Part shown: in pieces, positions 11,139 through 24,372 of the stretch
Position numbering within the stretch: position 1 is the first letter of the stretch
How the letters are laid out: each line of letters starts with the position of its first letter
Source: Fistulifera solaris
Lineage: Eukaryota
DNA: 64,000 nt
Direction of reading: 5' to 3'
Assembly (NCBI GenBank): GCA_030295235.1
Contig: AP026124.1
Span: 744,001 to 808,000 of the forward strand
Notes under the pieces: generated by a model
Told to the model about the DNA's origin: nothing
Seen by the model: the letters and a program-made list of their open reading frames with translations, nothing else
Database searches by the model: none
Made by a program: the position numbers and the translations under genes

Positions 11139-13144
11139 ATGCCAACGTCTGCCTGTTCGAGAGCGGACATCGAGAAAGAAGTTCGAAGTGTATTCCAAAA
11201 CATCAAAGAAAAGAGACGTCACCAGAAAAGCGCAGATTTGGAACAAAAACTGAAATGGAATGAAATTGAGAGTAACAACTACGCGCATCTCAGCGACGAT
11301 CGACCGAAACACATCATTCGTCGAACACCAGTTCCGAGCCATGGTCATCCACCCAAACATTTTGCTACCCTGTATTACGAAGGAGAGCCATCGCGTGTCA
11401 CGGCGGCAACTCCTACGCGCGTACCCCTGGCCGAACCGCTGCCCAAAAGCATTCTACATGCACCCATCAGTCGGTACAACTGCTCTTCTATGATCGAAGA
11501 TCCCATATTCATTCCGTATTTGGGCGACGACAATGTAGATCATACTTCCATCCTTTCGGAGCAAGAGTTGGAGATTCGGATTAAAGCAACGGAAGAAGGT
11601 CCGCCGATGCTTCGCGACGAAATGAATTTCATTGTCGATCAGGCTCTTTTGGAGTGTTCGATCATTAAAGGAACTATTGTGTGGGAACATGACGAGACGA
11701 CGGAGTATGTTCTTTCGGCACTCGCACAATGTGCCTGTCTCAAGCGAGCACGCATTCAAGAGCGTTATGAAGTGACGATTCTTCCGTTTCATCCCTCAAC
11801 ATCAAACAACAATTCCCGTATTGCGACGAACACGGAATATGATAGTAACATAACCAATCCACTGCAAATGACCATGTGTGGAGAATGTGTTAATGAAGCC
11901 CCAGTTGTCAAAGACCAATTGGATGCCGACTACCTCCAAGATATGGACTCCTTTCGCGCACTTTTCTGTCGAAGATGCCTTACCTACTGTTGCTCCATAC
12001 ACGGTTTAGAGTCCAAGCCCAGCTTGGAGTTGCAACAGAACCTTTATCAAGAAATGGATGCATCGAATTGTTTTCCTTCGTTGGGGATTGAATTAACAGA
12101 TACCGACATTCGTTTCGACCAAGTCAAAGAACTATCCACTTTTCAAAAGACAATGTGCAAACGAGCTTTTCTTATGTGTAATGGGGAATACAAGCGGATT
12201 TCGCTTTTACTCGGTGCGCCGGAGCACTTGATCCGATTGTTTGTCCGTGAGCACAATTTACAACTTCCACCGAAGAGAGACAAAGCTGCAGTCAAGCTAC
12301 GAGCCAACACAATCAAGTATTATTCAGTGAAGAACTACAATCAAAAGTGGTACAATGCGACTAAGGATGCTGAGATTCATCCATTTTTCACTCCGTGTTG
12401 TCACGAAGAAATGTGTTCCGAGGAGACCTGTAGTTGTATCCAGAATCGATTCTTCTGTACTCCAGCCTGTTGCTGGGGTGCAGCGAGCCCTAACTTCTTT
12501 AGAGGTTGTGGATGTAAGGGTAGCTGCAACGCCAGCAATTGTACGTGTTTCGCGGCAAAAGGGAATGTGATCCCGAACTGTGTTCCTGTCGCACATGTTC
12601 CGACCCACCGGACAGACCAGTATCGAAGCAGGTATGCCGCAATGACAACATACGAATGCGTCGACATGCCCATCTACTAATAGCTCCGTCGGCTGTTTCG
12701 GGATGGGGGTGCTTCACGAAGTACGCTCTGAAGAAAGGTGAATTCATACACGAATATGTGGGGGAACTCATTACTCAAGAAGTCGCAGAGAAGCGTGGTC
12801 AATTTGACGATGCCAAGAATCGTAGCTACCTGTTCAACTTGACGTCCGATTATGTACTCGACGCGTGTAGGATGGGAAACAAAACCCGATTTATCAATCA
12901 CTCGGACAAGCCGAATGTCGAAACAAGAAACGTATTTGTCAATGGTGATCAGCACGTTGCAATGTTCGCGCTTGAGCACATTGATGCCGAAGAGGAGCTC
13001 TTTGTCGACTACCGCTATAATGTGTCCATGAGCAATGATCTCATCGAAATCGCAAAGTTTGAACCGGAGTGGCTATCTAACGGTAGACAGGTGCAATCGT
13101 CAAAGAAACCCAAGCACGGTAAACGCAAGCGGGGTAAACGATGA
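11139..13144 (+). CDS. EZH2: Enhancer of zeste E(z)-type H3K27 methyltransferase; frameshift near 12557
   Basis: IPYLGDD, FCRRCLTYCCSIHG, a Cys-rich CXC domain, and SET motifs GWG, EYVGELI, SYLFNL, GNKTRFINHS and EELFVDYRY. Confidence 0.9.
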
Positions 13145-13198
13145 ATAGTAACAATTGAAATACAATTTCTTTTTATATATTCCAATCATTTTTTGAAT

Positions 13199-14866
13199 TT
13201 ACATCGTACTAAAATCGTAATCCTCCGCAGAGGCAAGGCCCTGTTGGATGTCCTTGTCCCCGTCATCCTCCATCTCTGTATGATCAGTCATTTCATCGTC
13301 GCTGCTGTTTGTGTCCCCGTTTGAAAAGAACTGAATGGCATCTTTAGAAGCTTCACCCATTTCAATTGTCTTTCCCGCATCCTCTAGCTTCACAAAATCC
13401 ATTTCGTCCATTTCACCAAGATGGTTTAAAACTTCAGCGTCAAATTTCGAAAGATCAAATTCAGTGGTAAACTTTGAGATGATTTTAGCATCGTTCGCTT
13501 TTTTCAGGGCCAGAGTTCCTTGGCGGAACAGTGTAAAACGGAATTTTACCATGATTCCAATCCTTTAGCACGGCTCGCGCAGCAGCAACTTTATCAGGAA
13601 TCCCCCCTTTCAACACACGCCCAAACGATCGTGCAACCATGGCCAAGAACATCATTACATCACCCGGTGGAAACGCAGGGATGCTATACGTCATGAGCAA
13701 GCTCTCGTGGTTGCAACGCTGAAGCAAGGCTGCAACCGCTGGAATAGGATCTTCTATGGATTCAGCGTCTACGCAATTGCCAAGCATCGCCGAGCGGTCA
13801 TCGAAAACCACGCCCGGGCTATCCAAGAGGCGTACGTTGCGGTCAAGAACAACTTCTTGCATGGAAGTGGTAAAACCGGGACGAGGGCTCACACCCACTG
13901 ACCTTGTTCTTTTCAACGCGTTTATGATGCTACTTTTTCCTACATTTGGGTATCCGATAATGCCAACAACAATCGCCGTCTTTGATTTTCCACCCGATCC
14001 TCCAGTGCGAGCATAATTCTTTAATAACTGGAGTAAACCATCCATACCTAAAACCGTTGCTGAATTCGCCGACGACGCTTCGTCTTCGATCGTGGTCGAA
14101 CCCCAAACGCTACTCGCTTTGATGGCAATAGTCGGATGAGACCGCCTCAAATATGTTAGCCAGCTACCAACTACTTCTTTGGGAACTAGATCGATCTTAT
14201 TGAGTACCAAAACCATTCTTTTATCGGAGTGGGAAAGAAGAGCATCTTCGACGGATGGATGAATGCGTGACCCAAGAGGATCACGGGCATCAAGAACTTG
14301 TAGTAGCACGTCTGCTGTGTCGACGACCTTTCTTAATTCTCGCAAATACTGCAAAGTAGAGACAAAAGTAAGTGTAAGATGGAATATCTATGCATGGCCG
14401 GTAAAGTGGTGTCAAAAGTACGTACGGCACGTCGTGACTGCTGGCCGGCCGCGACCGTTCCGTCACTCTTTTCTTTCTCCACTTGACCTCGACCCTCTTT
14501 TGCCTCAAAATTTGCTTTGTCTTGATTGGCTTGTTCCATTAGCTCTTGTACAGTTCTGGCTGTTCCGCCTTGCTCCTGGTGAGCCCTTAGTGCACGAAGG
14601 TCGGATTTCCTACGTTCTTTCGTTTCCGCTTGCAACTGCTGTTGTCTCTCACGCTGACGCTGAATTTCCTTGAGTAGATCCTGCTTGAAAGGCCAAGAGT
14701 TGGGAATGCCTGGGTCATTCTTTGATTTTCCATGTCGGATTACTCCATTCGCAGCATCTTGCTTGCTCTGCTTCTTGCGTTTCCGGTGCGTTTCGAGCGT
14801 TCTTTTCTGAATCTTGTACTTGTCTTGCAGCGTTGTGCGCTTTGACTTGCCCTTCTTTTTCACCAT
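13199..14866 (-). CDS. NUG1: Nucleostemin/Nug1/GNL3-like circularly permuted GTPase; intron 14349-14425; frameshift near 13500
   Basis: Basic N-terminus, DPGIPNSWPFK, VLDARDP, NKID, GYPNVGKSS, DSPG, KGGIPD. Confidence 0.92.
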
Positions 14867-15264
14867 GCTTTACAGTCGCGAAGTTTTTATAAAAGGTTTG
14901 AGGCAAGGAGTATTGTTGTTGATAAAACAAATAATAGCACTTGCAAGGTGCTCAAATGGAGAAAAGAAAAAAGATGGTTGGTTGTTGCACAAAACACAGC
15001 TTGTGTTGGTGTGAAGTGCAGACGTTGCTTTCGTAAAGAACTCTTATCTCTTATTATTAATTTACTCCGTATCTTTTCCGTTGAGCCTTGGGGTGAATTC
15101 GTTTTGTCGCAATAAGATGCCACGTCGTCTCACTCTAAGCTGTAGAGTCACTTAATGCTGTGGAGATTTCTGAATACCACGTCACACATCTACTATGTCA
15201 TTAAGTCTTACGGTACTCCGAAAGGTAAGAAAATCCTGAACAAACTGATCATCACCTTTTTGTT

Positions 15265-16220
15265 TTAGACAGCGACAAGCTCAGGCTTTGGAACAAAGTT
15301 GATAATGCGACTAAACTTGGACGCATCTAGAGAGGCTCCTCCAACAAGCGATCCGTCAATATCTGGCTTGGCCATTAGCCCATCTACTGATTCGGGTGTA
15401 ACGCTTCCTCCATACAGGATGCGCGTCTTGTCGGCAATTTCTTTACCGTACATTTCGGCCAGGATCCCGCGGCACATCGCATGAACCTCTTGCGCAATTT
15501 CAGGGGTGGCAACTTTGCCAGTTCCGATAGCCCAGACTGGTTCATACGCAATCACAACCTTATCCATGTCCTTTGGTGCAATTCCCGCGAGTCCTTTCTT
15601 AAGTTGAACTTCGCAAACAGCACTGACCAGATTCTGCTCGAACTCTGCTTCCGTTTCACCGACGCATAATACAACGTTCATACCGAGACTAATAAGTAGT
15701 CGGCATTGCTTATTTATGTATTCATCGGTTTCTTTGAAAATAATTCGGCGTTCTGAGTGACCCGCTAGTGACCACAGAATGCCCATACTCTGGAGCATAA
15801 GGGGAGAAATTGCTCCAGTAAATGCCCCATGCGTCTCGGGTGTGATCATCTTTATTTTGCAAAAGCTTTTGAGATCCTTTCATTCCAAATATAACGTCGA
15901 ATGACTTTCAATTTCGTCTTACCTCGGCGCCGACAGAAATCTTGTCGCCGACTGCGCTTTGGACTGCCTCAATGAAAGGAAAAGGAACGAATAGTGAAAC
16001 ATCTCCAGGAGATCCTGCGGAAACCGATGCAGCTATATCTGTCGCCAACTTCACCGCTTCCGCCTTTGTTTCCGGATTCAGTTTCCAATTTCCGGCAATA
16101 AATGGTTTCCGATGGGCTAGCAGATCCATCGGTAGCCGAAAAGGCGTCATTCTTCGGCAGAAAAGCCAGAGACTGGCTAGCGAGGAACAATAGTAATAGT
16201 GATCCGTAATAAAATTTCAT
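15265..16220 (-). CDS. TPI: Triosephosphate isomerase with a bipartite plastid presequence; intron 15850-15922; frameshift near 16140
   Basis: MKFYYGSLLLLFLASQSLA-FLP (ASAFAP-like); AGNWK, GHSERR, AYEPVWAIGTG, YGGSV, LVGGASL. Confidence 0.93.
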
Positions 16221-16717
16221 TTTTTGCAATTGTTTCAATTTCCGATGAATGACAACAGCAGAACCTTGAGTGGTTTGAATCTCTTTCTTGTCCGAGTTCT
16301 GCTCGAAGCTGCAAGCCGAAGGTGAGAAGGGAATGCAAATGATGACGTGTGGCCAGTGACGCAGGTAAGTAGTTATGTGCACTCTTTAGATGACAGTGAC
16401 GTCAAATTCAAGTGTTGGTGTCCGTCCGTCGGACAAACTTCCCCGTTCTCCGTTCGCTTTCTCCCTCCATCCGAGGCCTGCCTGTGCGCCGGTCACGACC
16501 ATGGTGGGTGAACAAAAGCAAAGCGCAAAAAATAAAGAACCTTATTTTTCGCTACCAGGTACCATCAGTATTGTAACACGTAATATTTCTCCTGAAACAT
16601 AACAACAATCATCGCAATTCATGTCATAAAGCGAAACAGATGAGCAAGATTCTCCTGTGATTATAGTCAGTTCAGATATCTTTTTCTGTCTCGCTGTTGA
16701 GAAGTAAGCGGCAAGCG

Positions 16718-17062
16718 ATGGCCTACGCATCACGCGGTCGAACCATGGCCGAAGTCATTCTGGCTGCCATATTTGTTGGCTTTTTGACTGGCTTCGTTGC
16801 TGTACTCTGCATTGGAAATTACTTTCGAGCCAAACGAGCTATGGAACGACAGCGGCAGCGTCGATTAGCTCATCTGGCCGCGGGTGGCACTTTCGATTCA
16901 CCTCGCAGTAATTATTCGTCGTCGGGAGCGTCATCCACCGGCGGCGAGCAACAAATGCTACTAACAAGGCAACAACTGGATGGTCGAAGAAAACGCGGAG
17001 ACGAAAATCTGCTTATTCTTAACGAGAATTCCAGACCCGCAATGAATCTCATCCGGGTATGA
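16718..17062 (+). CDS. Small single-pass membrane protein of unknown function
   Basis: Hydrophobic VILAAIFVGFLTGFVAVLCIG followed by a basic RAKR...RQRQRR segment. Confidence 0.5.
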   Translation: MAYASRGRTMAEVILAAIFVGFLTGFVAVLCIGNYFRAKRAMERQRQRRLAHLAAGGTFDSPRSNYSSSGASSTGGEQQMLLTRQQLDGRRKRGDENLLILNENSRPAMNLIRV

Positions 17063-17205
17063 CGTGGTCAGCTTTTTAAATAATATCATATCACACAATG
17101 ATTATTAACTGCTATATGTCCCATTCAATGAAAGCTAATATAATTAGTATTAACGGGTTACTTGTCACATCCCCCAACGCTCACATCCGTAGTCGTTCCG
17201 CGCGA

Positions 17206-18044
17206 CTACATCATTGAGTCACCGGCAAATGGAGGGCATCGATCACTCTTAAAGTACCGCTCCAAATTGGGACGATCTTTCATCCAAAGGTAATATTCCT
17301 TCAAGGCAGGAACTTCGCATTTATCCCACGCCATATCATAGAATTCTGTATTGAATTGAACAACCGACGCATCAAGGACGTGGAACAAAGCAAAGTCGGC
17401 GTCTGAAGTGTGAAAATGAGTGAGTAAGTTGACCTGATAATGACCACAACGCAAGGAAGAGCACCATAATGGCACGTACATGTTACATGGTCTCCCCCAG
17501 CTACTGGCTTGTGAGAGCCAATTTTCTTCACGACTTTGTTGAAATGATGAAGATAGATGGGCATGCGTTTTTTAGAAAATTCCTTCGAAGCCTTGTCGCC
17601 TTCTTCCTTCTGATCTTTATACGAGAGCTTGTCTTCCACGGGATGGAAGCTGCGACGTCCTTCCGATATATAGTCCAAGGCATTGAGCATAATAGAATCG
17701 GCTCGAGCTCGTTCCGCGGCCGATTTCGGTGCATAACCCAAGTTCTCTCCCAAATAGACCAGACAAGCCGCAACTTGATTAACGATCAATTCTTCTCCCT
17801 GCGCGGGACGATGCCAGATCGCCGGAGGGAACAACAACGGAAACGGTGCAACGTCCTGATCAACATCTTCCGGTGTGCCGCGAAACATATCCATGACGCC
17901 CGTGGGTCCGTACAAATTGTCGGAACTATTTTCGTACTCCACACCGGCATCTTCGAGCATGAGACGGAGAAACTCGCCGCGGCCTTTGAACGAGAGGGGT
18001 CCGTGATATAAAATAGTCCATTCCGGAGGAGGGCGGGGTGTCAT
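17206..18044 (-). CDS. Glutathione S-transferase; intron 17403-17479
   Basis: LYH...KGRGEFLRLMLEDAGVEY, FPPA and Q.AA.L.YLG; splicing gives VTYADFALFHVLD. Confidence 0.88.
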
Positions 18045-20204
18045 TTTACTACAGAATGTATTTTGGCGAAAAGACGATAGTTACGAACGATTGTTATGCT
18101 CGAACGAATCTTTCGTTAAAACGCGAGCGAGCGACGAGGAGGCCAAAAAAACATTCGCAGTTTCAGCGTGTCCCGCGTCTGGATATTCAATCTATGATTC
18201 ACGAGTCGTCAACAGTCTAGTCTATAGTCGATAAGACGGCAAGTCTGTCCGTGAATCCTTAGTGACATTTATGAATCCAGTCTTACTACGACACGGACCG
18301 ACATTGAGAACCCGGAACCCGGATACAAAGTAAGGCAGCTACGACACGGTAGCGGTAGCTGGCAGCTATGGAAAACGTTTGCTAAAAATGGATGCCATCT
18401 CATCGAAGCTCAAAACAACTATCAACATACATTTATAGATCCCCTTAACAAGAATTGACATTACTTGGAACATCAAACACAGAAAAAAGCAAAGATATTT
18501 ATCGACAGAGGCGGTAGGTTATCGGTACCGGTACACGTTACTGTACCTGGTACCCCCGGTTATGGCAGCTACGGTAGCTGGCGGCTGTGGAAACCTTTCC
18601 AAATCATGACTGCCTAACTCGCTTGTGCTTCTAACGCATTCATATATTCATAGTGGGAATAATCTATGGAGAAAACGGTATCCTGTAAGCTGAAAAATAC
18701 ATGGCAGCGCTTTTCCCCCGAACCGTGTAGAGACGAATTACGTCCATCAGCCCCCGAGATCCCCACCCTTTAATTTCGAGAGAACTCTTCACTGTGCTTA
18801 CGACGCGGGCAACTCATTGCTTTTTCAGTGTTAAATGGTGACTTTGAGCTACAAATTGTAGCTTCACGTATCTCACTTGCAAGCAACAAGCGGGCTTAAT
18901 CGGTCTCTGTTGACAGGTCTGACACCGGATTCAAAGTATGCGCTTTAGTAGCTTCCAATTTTTGATTGATCAGTCTTGGGATTATCCATTGATTAACGGA
19001 AACAATCTTGACCCAAATGACTCCACGACAAAGTTTCAACAAAGTCTGTTCAACAAAGATATCATAGTAATCAATGACGGTGTCGATCTCCCGCACCAAA
19101 TGCGTTGTTGAGTCTCCCCAATACTGCACAAGCATACAAACGAACCAAAGGGGAGATGATGTCGGAAAATGCTCGATACGAAGCGGCCTTTTTCAAAGTC
19201 ATCCCTCAGAACAGTAGTCGCTCTTTGTCGCTATCCATGTTCACATATTTCGTCGACCTAATCGACCAATCAAGACATATTAATGGCGCGTGGAACGCTC
19301 GAGAGCTCGATGCTCGATCGGGTTTGTCAGCGGAGATAAGAAGTTTGCCATCAATAACCGACGGGAAGGGGGAGTTTTGAGCAGACGGGGGGAGTCCCGT
19401 CAAAGTGAATCATTATCAAGTAAGAACGTCATATTGCTTGAGTGTGCATCGGTCAATCGCCTAACGTGTCGCCTGCGACAGCCTGCAGACGTCGGTGTTG
19501 CATTCTTCTTATTTGAAGCGTTCCATGTCGAAAAGTGACCTGCCGAACGATGATGGCTAGTCATATGAGGAGAATTCACTCCCAAGAAGCGACCAAATCA
19601 TATTGGTAAGAAAAGACGTGCTCATTGATGATGAATGTTCATTAGAAAGTGCAATGAATGTAACTATCACCGACTGTCGCTCGTCGAGCATCGAAGTCAA
19701 AATGTCTTAACAATCAATAGAAAAGGAGACGTTGAGCGCCTATTGCGGGATCCGACACATCCATGTCTTCTGAAGCACAAGGATTGAGTCATATCATGGA
19801 AGAAACGACATGATGATTCGATAGAATATCTTTCAAAAGGTCGCTCAATGACAACACATGAGCCACAATTTTCTTCGGGCTTTTTTTACGGGCAAATACC
19901 TTCCATTTTTGGCCCTGTTTCGACAGTAGGGCTAATTGTACAAATCTCGCAGCGGGATCGAAGTCGCATTGCGTGTCGCAGTGTGTTTACAAAATTTCGT
20001 CGTAAGGTGTACGGACAGACTGGGCCCTCGTTTGAGGTTCGTGACTAAAAGGCGACATTTCCCGGGACACACGTACAGTCCACTAAGTAGGAAATGTGCG
20101 TAGACTTTGAAAACCGACTTTCATTATTCACCTTATTGAAGCAGTTCATTACACTTTCTTTACATCATTTACTTTCTTACTTTGATCAAGCTTTTCATAC
20201 AATT

Positions 20205-21779
20205 ATGGAGGGGACTTCCACATTAGCGGATGCTCTCCTCGACGATCTCGATGACTTGTCGGATGTCGAAAACGAACAAAGCTCGGAAGATGCGGCATAC
20301 CGCAGTCCACCAGACGAGGCAACCGAGAAAGCGACAGTCTTTCTCGATACGAATGGCGTAGAAGAAAACTTTGTGCATTCGAAGACTTTGCAGAATCACT
20401 TATTAGCGATTCGCTCATCGCCATCAGCTACCACGAAGGAGGAGAGAGAACGTGAACACGAAATGATTGTGCAATCTAACAAACTGTTATCGAGATTGTC
20501 CGATGAATTGGTGGTCGCGCACGGCAATCTTCGGAGTGCCTATGCGCCCAAATTTCCCGAACTTGAAGATATTCTTCCCAATCCTATACAGTACACAAAG
20601 GCGGTTCGAGTCATTGGAAATGAAACGGATATTGCTAAAGTCAATGATGCTCTCAACGATTTTCTCAACAGCAATCAGATCATTACCCTTAGTATTGCGG
20701 GCAGCACGACGTCGGGTCGGCCCTTGAATGAAACAGAACTAGACACTCTTTTTCCATAGCTGATTCGGTCGAAGAAATACTTAGTATTCAAGAGGAAATT
20801 ACAAAATTTGTTGAAGGTCGTATGGAGGGCTTGGCTCCCAGTATTAGTGCTTTGATCGGGCCTTCTTTAGCGGCTCGAATGATTGGACTGGCGGGAGGAC
20901 TGAAGCCTTTTTCGAAGATTCCAGCGTGCAATTTACAAGTTTTAGGACAGCACGTCCGGACGAGCGCGATTCAGAGCACTCGTGTCTTGTCGAATATCAA
21001 ACATCATCAAGGAATATTAGCGGAATGTGATCTGGTTAAAAGATGCCCGATAGCTCTCCAAAAAAAAAGCGCTCAAGGCGGTTGCGGCCAAATTAGCTCT
21101 GGTCGCGCGATGTGATTTTGTCAATGTTGATGCGGGGCGATCGCGAAATGCATCCGCGGGGCACAGCTTTCGACACGAATTAGAACAAAAGTTTGAAAAG
21201 TGGCAGGAGCCAGATAAAGCGCAGACGCTGAAAGCACTTCCAAAGTAAGTTATATGCAAGCATTTGCTCGGGGTGGATTGCTACCGAAGACAGAGTCTAG
21301 CTTTAACCTTTTTACAATGCTCACACGAATTCTTTGTTTTTTCTAGACCGGATTTGACCACCAAGAAGCGCAGAGGAGGAAAGCGGATGAGACGGTTAAA
21401 AGAACGCTACGAAGAAACTGCATTGATGAAACAAGCAAACACTAGAGCGTTCTCAGCCCAAGCTGGTGAGTATGGAGATGACGCCATGGGATTGACAATG
21501 GGATTGTTGGGTACATCGGGAGAGGTGGGTACTGGTGGCATACGAAAAACAACAGAAAAGCGAAAGATGAAGCAAGCAAACACGAAAGCATCACGGAAGC
21601 GAGCTGCACAGATGAATGCCAAGACTACTACCAGTGGTTTGGCAAGTAGTATGGTGTTCACCCCGGTGCAAGGAATGGAGTTGGTGAATCCTGATGCCAA
21701 CAAGGAACGGGTCGCGGAAGCTAACCGAAAATGGTTTGGTGATAACGCAGGTTTCATGTCAGCTCTGCCCAAAAAGTAA
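20205..21779 (+). CDS. PRPF31: U4/U6 snRNP protein Prp31; intron 21245-21346; frameshifts near 20750 and 21065
   Basis: YAPKFPELE, Nop domain IPACNLQVLG, KALPK|PD...KKRRGGKRMRRLKERY, SGLASSMVFTPVQGMELVNP. Confidence 0.93.
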
Positions 21780-21825
21780 TATTACTAGTTTTGTTAGATG
21801 CACGCCCTTTTATATACATTCTATT

Positions 21826-23974
21826 TTAAAGTGCTTTCAATGTGCCAAACTTTGGTGGTTTCGGTAGTCGGCCGCCACGGATAGAGTTCCTGTTGCGCTT
21901 GTCTATCAGTCTTCGCAATCGGAAATCGGACACCTCCTTTGTAATTATTATCTCTCCATCGGCTCCAAGTGGTAGTGATCGACTTCCGTCTGCACTGCAG
22001 ACTTTTCCCCCGAATGCATTTCGATTCCAGTCCGCTGGAATTGCTTTATTTCCTTCCAAATTTCGGCAAGACGAAATAACAACATCAATGAATCGATCAG
22101 ATGGGACGGACTTCTTGAATTCCAACAGAACCGATTTATTTACCATCCCTGCATCCCGACATAAATCGAAGACTCGTTCTGCAAATTTCTGCCTAGTAGG
22201 CAAGGATAAAATCAAAGACTGGCAAGCTTTCAGAAGCGACGCAAAGCTACTGGAGTCTGGTGTAGTAGCGTGGGAGCAGCGGGCGGCTTGAACAGCGTCC
22301 AGTACCTGACCGAGTATCTTCATTCCTTCCGCGTCTGATTGAACGTTCGCAGAGGCGCATACTTCGATGAATTCATTCAGTACAGCGACTTGATCGCGAC
22401 GTGAGTGCGAACAATTTTGCTCATCCATGTTGCGATAAAAGCGATCCAGAATATCCCTTGCTCGATTCAGTTTATCGTCCGTTGTTCTGTTCTTCAAAAG
22501 GCGGAGAACAAGGCGGTAAGTCGCCGCGTTGGGTTTATCAGCAGACGATGATTGCTCCATTTTAAGAAGGAGCTTTTCTGCTTCTTCCCACCGTTGTCCT
22601 TCTATGGTCAAAGCCTCCAGTACGTCATTATAGATTGATGTTGTTGGTCGCACCAGGACGGTTGAACTCTGATTGTGTGCTACATCCATTTCTCCAAGCA
22701 ATTCAAGCACACGATTTACAGCCTGGGTCTGAAACATTCTATCATGCTTTGCATTGAGAGCCTCATGCTTCCACGTTCGAATAGCGGCTTCGTAGCAGAT
22801 TGTGTCTGGGACCAAGAACCATTCACCCATTCGCTTCAATACACGGTCCACCAGTGTTTTCCCTAGATCCGTGAGCTCAGGTCTCCGGGCAGCAGTTACA
22901 AGAATAGATCGATAGCAGTTGCTATCAAACTGTACAAAAGTTGTTCCTCTGTCTAGTGCATGATCCAGTAGATTCGTGACGGACATGGCTTTTTCTGGAG
23001 CATGCTGGTCTCTGAAGAACACCCAACAAGAGTGAGACTTTGCGCCCATTTAAATAAATGAAGTCAATTAATACTTACTTGGCACGAGTCCACGAGTCGA
23101 GCACTATACGATACTCATCAATCGATGGCTCCATGTCGCGATTCCCCTCATCCAACAATCGCAGCATCCGCCGCAAAAACCCCGTCGCCGTAAAGGCGCC
23201 TCGTCGTTCCCCACTCCAAGCCCAAGCGCGTATCATGAGACGGTACGACTCAGCATTCGGATTCACAATATTATTGAAAATACTTTGCGCCCGCGTTCCT
23301 CTCCAGTGCTCGTGACTATAAGCCCATATTCGCAGTAAAGCATTGGATGATTCGGTCGATGGGGGCAGCTGCTGGCACAGAAATTGAGCACGCTGAGGAA
23401 TACCCCGTAGCTCTTTCCGCAAAAACGAACGACGGTGTCCCGCTTGTGTGGTGGAGGCCCAGAGTGCTAGTATTTGATTCGCACGCGCAACAGCTGCCGG
23501 ATTGTTCTGTTCTTCGGACGATTGACCGAAGCGCCGAGGAGACCACTGGGGATACAATCGATCCAGTACCGAGTGTGCGCGATGAGCAGAATCAATCATT
23601 GCCGACAGCTTTGAGTCGTTATTTGTTTCGTCTTCGTAATATGAAGCAGATAAATCAGCGTGATATCGTATCCATGCATCGAGTAAATCGGGGGCGATAA
23701 ATTGTTGCTCCTCGAGAGACAGTGCTTTCCAGCGTTCATGTTCCTGGATCGGTGAAGATCTACTGTTTATAGTCCTCTTAAGATCATTCTTCAGCGGTGA
23801 TTGGAAATCGTCATTGGTGGCGAATGAACGCTTGATTGCAGTAAAGCAACAAAGTCCTGATCGTTCGACGGACCACTTTTGACTTGTCGTCGACAAAGAA
23901 GTCAAGGAACGAGCCGCATGGCTACATTGTCGCGCTACCTGCGAGCTACTCCGTTGTATAAGATATCGATACAT
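21826..23974 (-). CDS. PPR-like helical repeat protein, probably mitochondrial; intron 23012-23078
   Basis: Ser/Arg-rich presequence MYRYLIQRSSS and degenerate PPR motifs (PNAESYRLMIRAWA, PDTICYEAAIRTW, PTTSIYNDVLEA, PDSSSFASLLKAC). Confidence 0.7.
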
Positions 23975-24372
23975 AATTTTTAAAAGGAAAACAAAGATTG
24001 TGCGGTGTTCTAAAGGACAAATGGCATTGAAAGTATACCAGGGCAATTTGTTATCACACCTCTTTCTTTGATGCATGTTCGGCATAAAATCGTCCGACGA
24101 CCGACGGCCAGGAGCGATTGCGGAATGAAGATACTTGTACTTGTAGACTTGTAGATGATACGCGATACCTGGTAAGAAGCGAAGGGCGAAGGTAGGCAGC
24201 GCAGCAGGACGAAGTATTTGCCGTTCGTCCTTCACCCGTTTCTCAACATCATTCGCCATCCGTTTGCTAATTTCACAGAAAATATTTTCATTCTTTCCAG
24301 TTATTATTGTTGGCATTGACGTTCAGGGCAACAATATCAGTACAATCCTACCACTTTGATCCGCCATTGAAC

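Noticed and set aside
18100..20090. Possible gene in the 2-kb gap (short minus-strand ORFs at 18896-19585) and an imperfect repeat near 18335/18564
   Set aside because: No recognisable motif or consistent gene model. It could be a fragmented gene, but I cannot support that.
23975..24316. Long upstream extension of the PPR ORF
   Set aside because: It has a non-ATG start, crosses TA-footprint motifs and the divergent promoter, and Met 23974 gives a better mitochondrial presequence.
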